From Chiloscyllium plagiosum (Eukaryota), in NCBI RefSeq assembly GCF_004010195.1, contig NC_057719.1, positions 53,071,115-53,133,390 of the forward strand: a DNA stretch of 62,276 nucleotides, written 5' to 3'. Shown piece after piece: positions 24,709-34,788 of the stretch (positions are counted from its first letter, which is position 1; every line of letters begins with the position of its first letter). A program made the translations under genes and the position numbers. The notes beneath the pieces were generated by a model. That model made no database searches, was not told the origin of the DNA, and saw only the letters and a program-made list of their open reading frames with translations.

Positions 24709-24868
24709 AGGAGAAAGTGATGACTGCAGATGCTGGAGTACCAGAGTTGAAAAATGCGGTGCTGGAAAAACACAGCAGGGCAGGCAGCATCCGAGGAGCA
24801 GGAGAATCAACGTTTTGGGCATAAGCCCTTCTTCCTGAAGAAGGGCTTATGCCCAAAACGTCGATTCT
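24709..24868 (-). mobile_element. Penelope-like family 1 insertion with a short inverted arm
   Basis: 16-bp TSD CAGTACTT(G/T)ATAGACT at 24693-24708 and 24869-24884; 33-bp arms 24802-24834 and 24837-24869. Confidence 0.9.
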
Positions 24869-25474
24869 CAGTACTTTATAGACTGCCACATTAAGAAGAT
24901 AGAGAATAACCTTAATCAATAGGAATCAAGGGGTCACTCTCCACTGGATGAAGAAAAGGTGGCGTGTTTATTGAAGGCTGAGCGTCTCAATCCAAGGACA
25001 TAAATGCAGAAGTTTCTCAAGATGGTGTCCCAGACACATCCATCTATCCTGCTTTATCAATCACCTTCCCTCCATCATTAGGCTAGAAATGGGAATATTC
25101 TTTGATGATTGCACAATGTTAGCACCATTGCTGACTCCTTAGATACTGAAGCAGCATGTATTGAGATGCAAAAGACCAGGACAATATCCAGGCTTGGACT
25201 GATGAGTGGCAAGTAGTCACATTAGAGTCAGGCAATAACTATCTCTAACTGGAGAGAATATAAACATTGTACTGCCTTTCAATATCATCATTATTGCTGA
25301 ATGCATCACTATCAATATCCTGGCGATTACCATTGACCAGAAGCTGAACTGTACCACCCATGTAAATACTGTGGCTGCAAGGGCAGGTTAGAGAGTAAGA
25401 ATTCTGTGACGACAACTTACATTCTGTCATCTCAGTGCCTGTCAACATCTGCAAGTTAGAAGTCAGTAGTGTGA

Positions 25475-25721
25475 AAACGTGTGGTACTAGAAAAGAACAG
25501 CCAGTTACACAGCATTCGAGGAGCAGGAGAGTCAAAGTTTCGAGCATAAGCTCTTCATCAGGAATCTGGGAGGCAGGCCCAAGGGGGCTGAGAGATAAAT
25601 GGGTGTGGGGGTTCAGAGTGGAGGGTGGAGCAGATAGGTGGGAAGAAAGATGGACAGGTTTAAGAGAGTGGTGCCAAGTTGGAGGGTTGGATCTCCAGCA
25701 TCTGCAGTCTTCACTTTCTAC
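25475..25721. mobile_element. Penelope-like insertion: inverted terminal repeat/3' UTR plus an isolated forward tail
   Basis: 15-bp TSD AAGTCAGT(A/T)GTGTGA at 25460-25474 and 25722-25736; minus-strand CTGATGAAGAGC-TTAT-GCTCGAAAC; forward GATCTCCAGCATCTGCAGTCTTCACTTTCT. Confidence 0.8.
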
Positions 25722-26108
25722 AAGTCAGTTGTGTGATCAACTAATCTCAATTTAAGTGGATGACTGCAGTTCCAGCACTCAAGAAGCTCAACATCATCCA
25801 GAATAACAACCTATCCACCACCTTCAACATTCACATTCCTTCACCACTGATGCATGGTGACAGCAGTGTGGAGCACCTACAAGTTGCATTTCATCCAGGC
25901 TCCTTCAACAGCACCCTTTAATCCCACAATCTCTACTACCAATGTAGCAGATGGCTGGGAACAATATCATGTGCAAATACCCCTCCAAGCCTTTAGTTGG
26001 ATCTATATTGCCATTCACTGTGAAGGCAAGGACTTGTATTCACATTGAATGTGCCCTTCATCATGTTGTGTCACTATAGCTGTTCAAAATGGGATAGAGT
26101 TGAACAGA

Positions 26109-26416
26109 CTAGATTAGATTCCCTACAATATGGAGACAGATCCTTCAGCCCAATAAAACCACACCGGCTCTCTGAACAGTAGCCCACCCAGACCCATTCC
26201 CCTACCCTATATTTACCCCTGAAAACCTGCACATCTTTAGATTGTAGGAAGAAACCTGAGCACCTGGAGGAAACCCACGCAGTCACGGGGAGAATGTGAA
26301 AACTTCACACAAACAGTCACCCAAGATGGGGATCAAACCGGGGTCCCTGGCACTGTGAGGCAGCAATGCTAACCACTGAGCCACCGTGCCACCGTGCCAC
26401 CGTGCCACCATGCCAA
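26109..26416 (-). mobile_element. HE1-like V-SINE
   Basis: Reverse complement of the 4396 copy; tail AGATTAGATTCCCTACA; expanded GCCACCGT octamer at its 5' end. Confidence 0.9.
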
Positions 26417-26419
26417 AAG

Positions 26420-27985
26420 ATTCAGGAACTCAAAATTAGACATCCATAAAGTGCCATGGGCCATCAGCAGCAATAGAATTGTATTCGATTTTGATATGTC
26501 ACCTTATGATATAACATTTCTTCCATTCTACCAACACTGTTATGACACAGCAATAAACCCTTCTGTTAATTAAACTAAATACCCACAAAAGCTCACCTCG
26601 CCTCATAATCTGTTAAAATATGAGTGACAGAGAACTCCCAGATTCCACTATTTTAAAGAAGATAATATCAATTTATTCTTGAACTCTAAAAGTGAACATT
26701 AAACAACAACTATTCACAACTCCAAGCCCCCATTTCTCTTAACTGCTTATTACCTGCCTCCAACTCTATAACAATATACTGTTCCAAAAAAAACTATGAA
26801 AATTACATCAACTTCAGTTCAAAACTATACAGCAGCTGTCATCTTCGCTGTCTTTTTTTCCAGCTAAAGATCTCCCTGGGCTGTCTTCTTTCTTTTTACT
26901 ATGAAGATATTTTATATGAAAAGGTACCTTTGATAGAGAGTGTTTCAGTGTGTTGCGTATCTCCCTTGATGGCAGTTACTCTATCTGATTTTGAAAATGC
27001 CTGCCTTTTTTATATTCCCAACATTGGATCATCTCCTTGGTTCAATGTTGGCAAAACAATAAATTCAAACATGCTTGGGTTTTAGTATCCTGGGGCATAA
27101 TTTAAATTTGATTGGTTAAATTTGAATTGTTGTCAAAACAACAACTAACTCAGATATTTATTTCACAGCCAAATGTTACATATTTTCAATTTTCCTGAGA
27201 CTGCTCTTGAGAGGTCTCAGTACAGAACAGTGTTCACTGTCTCTTAAATGTACAGTAATGCCTTCAACTTCATAACAATACCATGAAGTCAAGTTCAATG
27301 AGGAGTGTAGAAAAGTATGCGATTAACAGCACAGGCATATATATAAAATGAAAATGAATTGTCAATCTGGTGAAACTGCAATGTAGCACTATTGGCAAGT
27401 CAATCAGCAATCCTATGGCTAATGGATCTGATGCAATTTCTGAAGTGCTGCCACAACCCATCATGAATCAAACAACTGGAGGATGAGTGTCCACAAGTAT
27501 CCCTTTTGTCAATGAATGTGAAGCCCAGCACATTAATGCAAAAAGGAAGGCAGAAGAATTTGCATTCGTTTCCAGACAGGAGTAATGGTCAAGTGGATAA
27601 TCTATCGCTGGCTCCTCCTGATGTCCCTATCATCACTGATGCAAGTCTTCAATTAATTTGATTCACCCCATGTGATATCAAGAATTGACTGAAGGCACTG
27701 AATATGGCAAAGATTATGGGGGTCTGACAATATTCCAGCAATAATGCTAAAGACTTGTGCTCTATAACTAGTCGCACTCCTGGCCAAGTTGTGTCAGTAC
27801 AGCGACAGCCCTGGCATCTACCTAATAATGTGGAAAGTTGCCCAGATATTCCTGAAGAAAAAAAGGAAGAGTACAAATTCAACAAGATTAATTATTGTCC
27901 TATCAATTTGCTCTCAATCATCAGCAAAGTGATCGAAGGAATAGTGACAGTTCTATCAAGGGGGCACTCACTCAAAAATAACCTG
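26420..27985 (+). mobile_element. Old CR1/L2-type LINE fragment split by a solo LTR
   Basis: ORF 27755 has NYCPINLLSIISKVIEG (RT N-terminal motif); homologous to 24230-24480. Confidence 0.7.
26538..27277 (-). mobile_element. Solo LTR (Gypsy-like), 740 bp, related to 20810-21499
   Basis: TGTTATGACACAG...TTCATAACA; TSD ACAC/ATAC (one transition); internal blocks such as AAAGGTACCTTT and TAATTTAAA shared with the 20810 LTR. Confidence 0.85.
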
Positions 27986-28019
27986 CTCATGGATACTCAG
28001 CTTGGAGGGTCTTTGAAAT

Positions 28020-28590
28020 GTTGTAATTTATCTGCACCTGCCACTTCCTCGGACAGATCATTCAGAACTATCCTCTGTGGGAAAAGTTGCCCTTCAGGCT
28101 CCTTTTAAGTCTTTCTCCTTTCACCTTAAAATTATACTCTCTAGTTTTGAACTCCTCTCTTCTAGGGAAAATACCTTTTCTATTCACTTCATCTGTGCTC
28201 CTCATGATTGTATAAACCTCTATAAGGTCACCCTTAAATCTCCTACACTCCAGGAAAAGCATCCCAGCCTATCCAGCCTCTCCTTATAACTCAAACCGGG
28301 GAGAAAGTGAGGTCTGCAGATGCTGGAGATCAAAGTTGAAACTTTATTGCTGGAACAGCACAGCAGGTCAGGCAGCATCCAGGGAACAGGAGATTCGACG
28401 TTTCAGGCACAGGCCGAAGAAGGGCCTGTGCCCGAAACGTCGAATCTCCTGTTCCCTGGATGCTGCCTGACCTGCTGTGCTGTTCCAGCAATAAAGTTTC
28501 AACTTATAACTCAAACCCTCAAGTCCCGGTAACATCCTTGTAAATCTTTTCTGTACTCCTTCCAATTTAATAATATCCTTGCTGATAGCA
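28020..28590 (-). mobile_element. CR1 LINE 3' fragment
   Basis: KDIIKLEGVQKRFTRMLPGLEGLSY and LECRRFKGDLIEVY on either side of a PLE insertion. Confidence 0.9.
28298..28502 (-). mobile_element. Penelope-like family 1 palindromic cassette (young subfamily)
   Basis: About 81-bp arms 28335-28415 and 28423-28503 (1 mismatch); 37-nt tail; 15-bp TSD CTTATAACTCAAACC at 28283-28297 and 28503-28517. Confidence 0.92.
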
Positions 28591-29455
28591 CTGAGCATGT
28601 GCAACAAAATGCTTGGTGCAGAAGCAGATAAGTTGTATAGAGGTGTCAGATACCAATTTTACTCACAACATTTTGCAATTTGGAAAATGTTGTAAATGTT
28701 TCTAGCTTCAGCCTAGAAGGAGTCAGATGCATAAATTTCACAGCCACTGTCAAAATAATCCTTATCCTGCATTAAGATCGAAGTTGTGAACAGCAGGAGA
28801 CACTATTCGGTGAGGACCTTCTTTGAAAAGAGCAGATACCTGGCACAGTGTTGTTTGCTGAGGTTCAGATAGGAAAATTGATTTCTGATCACCCTGAACA
28901 GATATGGACTCTTTCTGAGAACACTTCTACCTTTTATACTCCTCTTTCTTCCAAAATCTTGCCCTGCTGTTTGTGTCATTCTCCCTAACATGCTGTATTC
29001 CAAGAGGATTGCTGGTGTTTATGCTTCATATTTTAAGATGAACACCTAAATTTAATAGACCATGTTACCTGGATGTTGAGTTCTTGAGTGGCAGATCTAG
29101 CACCAAGTCAGTGTTACATCACTCCTGTGTGTTCAGTAATTCCCTCACCAAAATGCTGTATGAAGCAACTCACATTAGAAGTGTGCAATGACACCATGAC
29201 TGACATTTTGCAAGTGAAACAATACCTGTGGCACTGTAAAAATAGGACACCAAGGAGCTTAAGTTCATTATCTGTGTCTTTCAGATTAGATTTCAAATCA
29301 AGACCATGGCATCCTTTCTAGTGGATATGAGAGATCACATGACACTGTTTGAAGAAATGCTACTGAGCTGTCCTGGTAATGTGGTCAATATTTATTCAAC
29401 ATCAATTAATATTATGAAAAGTGATTAAGTGATTACATCCGTCTTGTTTGTAATA

Positions 29456-29673
29456 CAGGTCGTTCTGCTATAATGTGCATTTCATTAATGAGAATTTGCT
29501 GTAACGCGATTGACAAATTGGGGACACTGTTTCCAAAGTGCAAACTTTTAAAATGTGTATTGGCTATAACGCAATTACATCACCAACACTTTAAGCGGTG
29601 TTTCTAAAGCATGATTTTTCTATAATGCGGATTGCATGAGAAAGCACCAATTGTGTTCTAGAAGAACTACCTG
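29456..29673. mobile_element. Tc1/mariner-type MITE, 218 bp
   Basis: TIRs CAGGTCGTTCTGCTATAA and (reverse complement) CAGGTAGTTCTTCTAGAA; TA TSD at 29454-29455 and 29674-29675. Confidence 0.85.
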
Positions 29674-29704
29674 TACACAGATTTCTTCAACTGAGTAAAT
29701 ATTG

Positions 29705-29903
29705 AAAAAAACAAAAACAAAAATTGTTGGAAAAGCTCAGTAGGTCTGGCAGCATTTGTGGAGAGAAATCAGAGTTAGGTTTAGGGTTGAGTGACCCAGA
29801 ATGTTAACTCCAAGTGTCTCTACAGATGCTGCCAGACTTGCTGAGCTTTTCCAGCAATTTGTTTTTATTTCTGACCAACAGCATTCACAGTTCTTTTGGT
29901 TTT
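29705..29903. mobile_element. Older Penelope-like inverted terminal-repeat hairpin
   Basis: TGGAAAAGCTCAGTAGGTCTGGCAGCATTTGTGGAGA pairs with TCTCTACAGATGCTGCCAGACTTGCTGAGCTTTTCCA; extra tail on the right. Confidence 0.7.
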
Positions 29904-32900
29904 GAAAAAATACTGAAGCTGGCTAGGCCATTTGACACAATCAGTGTTGTCACTGGAATTCTGCATTAACTCAATTTCCCTGCCACACTGCATAACCATC
30001 AAATCCCTCAATGATCAAACAGCTATTGATCCCAGTCCTGAATATGGTCAATGAGTGAAAATTCATGATCACCCCTCCTTCCCCAGAATAGAGAATTCAG
30101 AAGTTTCATAACAGTCTATATGAAAAACATTCTCCTCAATTCAATTCTAAATAACAAGCCCCTTATCTTGAGACTGCGACCCCTAGGTCTAGGTTCCCTA
30201 GCCTGGAGAAACAGACTGTTAGCTTAAATGCCATGTTTACCCACATCTCTGCAAAGGCTACACTTCAATATAAAGTTATACAGTGTTTTGTGATGCCCTG
30301 AAGCCATATAAAGCCCTTTATAAATGCAAGTGCCTTCTTTCAATCCCTCAATAAAAGTGCTTTAATTTGGCATTTACAGTTTTTTTTATCACACTCATTT
30401 CCTCTAAGCCATCATTTCACTGCAGCCATGCATGAGGCTGTATCCATGATATATTAACTGCCTTATTGGCCTCTGTTTGTAGTCCCTTTTACAAGGAAAT
30501 GTTCTTGTTTGATTATTTAGAAGAGGTTCCATATTGTTTGCTATAAAATGAATAATATTTTGTAATCTACATTTAAATTCTCTGACGACTAAATTTTAGA
30601 ATCTGCAGCTTTGTTTTTCATGAAGAATCTGGAACTGTTTCTGTTACTTCACAAGGGCTCCAGAAAATCACCAAGAGTAGCACAGTGATCCAAATTTTCT
30701 GTAGTGGGGATCTAACAACACTTACCATGAGTTACACTTGTCCCTGATTCCTATCCTTCAAAAGAAATACTGCCCATAATATGACTGAAAGTATGAGCCA
30801 TTAACAGTTAGAGAGGGGAACACAGCATTTGCTATATGAGCAAACACAACAACCGACCTGCTAGCTCCTTAAACAATTACATTTAAGGATTAGTAAATAA
30901 ACAATGGGATGTCTGAATATGACAGTGAATAAATGTCATATAAATTCATTAAAAAAGGAAAAAAATCAGATCAGAATAGTGAAAAAAGACAGAAAACCAT
31001 GTAAAATGAAAAAAAGGTGATTTTGCTAAAATCTCCTTGTGAACATCAAAGCTCAAAAGAATGAAACTCTGCTCTAAAATTATTAATTCTCATAGGCGCA
31101 GTGGTTGACGATCTGTCATGAATATCATTACAAGTGTGAGAACCATTTTAATGATGTGAAAATTGACTTATGGCAAATTAATGGAAACTACAGCCAGGTT
31201 TTAAAGTGAGAGGGATGGTTAAGGATGAGCTTTTCCAAAGCAAAACCAGACAATACAACTGAGACAGAAATGTTTGAATATTCACATTGTTACCTCAAAT
31301 AATACACTTTTAAAAAAAATACACAATGTCCCTTGTGTAATCTAAGTCCTGTTTCCTTCATCTGCAATTGAAGCAACCTATCTTCTCAATCAATGTTGTG
31401 AGCTCAATGGTTACCTTTCTGAGTTAGGCAGTTCTAATCCGAAAGTTTTATCATATGTCACACAATACAGCAGGTAAAATTATGAATTACTATCAACCTC
31501 AAAGGAAAAAAGGTTTTTTAATAATTAGATTAGAACTCAAAATCAATCTCGGGAAGATTGATCTAGTCCATGGTGAGGTGGAGGTTTTTTCATTTCCAAC
31601 AATAATCGATAGCTCATCATTTTTGATCCGTCATTCTTGATGACTTTATTGAGAGGGATAATTCCTGTTTTTTATGCAACAGTGATTGTTTATTTTGAGA
31701 GCAAAATTTCCTACGTTATTTTATTTTTTTCTAAAACTTTAGATAATGAAGCCTTTAGTTAGATTTAGTGTAATTAAGTCTTTGTAATTCAACTACTGTT
31801 GTTGCAATCACAGGTACATAAAATAAAAACAGAAAATGCTGGAAATGCTCAACAGGTGAGGTAGCATCTGCAGAGAGGGAAAGAGAAATTTCAAACTGAT
31901 AATCTTCCAACTAAATATGAACACACAATTGAAGTCCCTTTTTCACATCCATCAAATGGATTATATGTATTTTTAAAAAGATTTTCCAGTCAGTTGACTC
32001 AATCACCTTAGCCATTTTCTTCACAAAATAATATTAAATGCATATTGAAATGAATTCTGTACAAAAACTGAACCTAGTGGGCAAATACACCATAAACACC
32101 ACATGCTGAATAAAACAACCTCACCTTTTATACATATTAACTAACTATCTAAATATTTAATAAGTTTGAATGAAGCACTGTAACACTATAACTGATCATT
32201 TTCTAATGCTTCCTCTAAATAATACATGCTTTATTTAATCACAAAAATCAGGAAGACCTGATCTACAAAATCATAGGATTATCGCCTCCATTATTTTTGC
32301 CAACAGTTGCTATTTTATACTTAACAAAAAATTAATAATGACAAATGAGAGAGCAATATTTTATTGCTTGCCAATAAAAAGCAGAAAGGGTTATGGTTGC
32401 AGCAATTAATCGGTTTGAGCATCAATGCCACTTACAAAGTCAGGGTAAAGGGCAAAAAAGAGTCGTCAGGCTACAAACAGAGCTAATAACTAATGTATTT
32501 TGTTGCATCTATGGTAGACTTCTCATAGCTCAGAACTACATTTTTAATATAGAAAGCAAATAAATAATTAACAAGGTTCTTGTAACAATTAAGTGACACA
32601 AAGTACTGTGCAAGCCCTGAGATTTCTTTTCATGCTATAATTTTCATCCAGAGAGAAATCTAATAGCATAAACTGCACAAGCATATATGTAATTACAGTG
32701 TCAAAATAGCAGGGTCATAAAGAATAGATCATCAATATAGGAAGTTTCACACACTGGAATGAAAAGAATTGTGCATAGTAATTCAGTTCTGCAGAGCAGT
32801 AAAAAGGCTGACAGTTTTAACTACAGCTTGCAAGTCAAGAATGCTGCTGTGGCAGGTCAACCTCAGCCAGAGTAAAAGGCAGGGATTTTATCCTGTCGAC

Positions 32901-34658
32901 TTGCTGGAGTAAATATGTTGCCAGTTTTTGTGCCCACGTGATGCTACCTCTGCTTCCAGATGTTCATAGAGCCATTGAGAAGACGCTTTTCAGCTCAACA
33001 TACCTATGCTAAGTCTCTGAAACTGACACTTATCTCAGCAAATTTTACCCTTTAAGGAACATTTCCAATTCCCTTATAAAAGTTATTATTAAATCTGCTT
33101 CCACCATGCTTTCAGATCATAACAATTTGTGTGTTTTAAAATAATCACATGATCTCCCTATTGATCCTTTGCCAATTATTCTAGATTTTCTCATGTGGCA
33201 TCACTTGTAGTGACGCTACATAGACCTTGTGCTGCACCATTGGTGCCACCTATGGTATCAGCACTTTCGGCGCAGGCAACCTTTAGTTCTGCCAGGATAC
33301 TAGTGCACACATCTGTGTACACTGCATGTGTCATCAGGCTCCGATACAGCACAATCCCAAAGATTCACAGCCCAATCACTTGTTATAATGCCAGGATTAC
33401 AAATGTGGGCTTTGAAGGTTGAGGATCAATCTGCCTTACTTATCCTACATTAAATAAAGCAGGTAGCTGCAGAGCTGGGCTTGTATTTGAGGTAGATATG
33501 TAATGTTACCTTTTTTGAACTCCTCCAACTGCAAAGTGTCTGGAAATATGGCAGAGTGTTTTTAGAGTGTTTCAGTGAGCATCTGAATTTGCTGGAGGAT
33601 GTTATGCATCCCCCTCAGGGATGGGTAAGGAGGAACACGATAAATAAGGTGTTGGTAGGAGAAAAATACATGACTCATGTGGGCAAAGGCAGCAGGGGCA
33701 GTCATTCTGTGTCTGCAGCATGACAGTGAGATGGAGCAAAGGCTGCAGGGAGGCCAAGCCCCCGTGCCAAGTTGAAGTTGGACTCCCCAGTTACATTAGA
33801 CATTAATAGCAGGTGGCTGACAGCTGCTTACTCTTTCAGTGTTCTCCTGTATGCTGCCCCTACTCGAGCTCTCATCTGAATTCTCTACAGCAGGCATTAT
33901 GGAGCCTTTCTTTAACCCTGGCCTGGCTGGAGGCCACTGGTGACCAGGTGTCTCACCATCTGCTGGTCCTGACATTACATTTTCACCCATAGTATGTACA
34001 GTGTCAGTGTCAGAGTTGCTAGCTGTGAGTGTCAGACTCTGTCAGACATGCTGTGATGTTGTTCTCTATCCTCTCCCTGCGGCTCCTGTAGCTGGTAGGC
34101 AGTGGATCTTTTTGCCTGAAAGCAGGAAATCTGCGGAGGAAAGATGATATGAGCGAAAGGGGGTGACATGAGAAGGAAATAGGTCCATTGATACATTTGT
34201 ACATTATGGCAGAAAGCAGGATAAGAGAAAGCACAGTGTTAGGTAAGGGTATTAGACAGGAATATTCCGTGATTGTCAATGCTTTTAGCAATGCCAAAAT
34301 ACCAAGGGAACTGGCAGATATACAGAGAATTGTCTGCCTAGTTATAATTCAGAAATGAAGGCTGACGAGTTAATAACCTAATGCTCTTTTGCTCTACTCC
34401 CTTCTATAATGAGCCACCTTCTCCTGTAACTGACAGAACATAATGTTGGTGATAGATATGGTGTTTGGGTGATGTGCCTGAATAAACTGAATAACATGGG
34501 AGCATTAGTAGATTTTTAAAGCCAAGCTCAAGAATTTGGATGTTATTATGGCTTCCGAGTGCCAGAGAGTGCAGAAAATGAGTGATCAGGTGTTTAGTGA
34601 ATTTAACTATTTAAAATGTTGGGTTGGTTAGGAGCTGTTAAGTGAAGGTACATTCCAA

Positions 34659-34788
34659 TCACCTGATGAAGGAGCATCGCTCCGAAAGCTAGTGTGCTTC
34701 CAATTAAACCTGTTGGACTATAACCTGGTGATGTGTGATTTTTAACTTTGTACACCCCAGTCCAACACCGGCATCTCCGAATCATTCC
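34659..34788 (+). mobile_element. Penelope-like family 2 terminal repeat
   Basis: Near-identical to 56692-56819, which ends a PLE with RT and GIY-YIG relics. Confidence 0.85.
34660..34694 (+). ncRNA. Minimal type-I hammerhead ribozyme motif (family 2)
   Basis: Stem I CAC/GTG; CTGATGA 34663-34669 plus extra A; stem II GGAGC-ATC-GCTCC; GAAA 34684-34687; palindromic AGCT stem III; CUA triplet ending 34691. Confidence 0.75.

Larger units (their letters stand above)
23750..26030 (+). mobile_element. Old CR1/L2-type LINE, heavily decayed, with two PLE insertions
   Basis: ORF 24255 has NQPWFNEVCRKA; RT motif remnants FINHLPS..FFDDC near 25050-25110. Confidence 0.65.
29270..30340 (+). mobile_element. 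Deu-domain SINE (SacSINE1/AmnSINE1-like) in two pieces, ~29270-29453 and ~30225-30340
   Basis: TGTCTTTCAGATTAGA...GTGGATATGAGAGATCACATGACACTGTTTGAAGAA...GTCAATATTTATTC resembles the Deu domain as I recall it; CTACACTTCAA...TATAAATGCAAGT resembles its 3' tail. Confidence 0.6.

Noticed and set aside
20810..27277. One full-length LTR retrotransposon bounded by the two similar LTRs
   Set aside because: Each LTR has its own TSD, they are clearly diverged, and there is no gag-pol between them
31098..31197. Open frame AQWLTICHEYHYKCENHFNDVKIDLWQINGNYSQ as an exon
   Set aside because: Donor CAG|GTTTTA is weak and the peptide is not recognised
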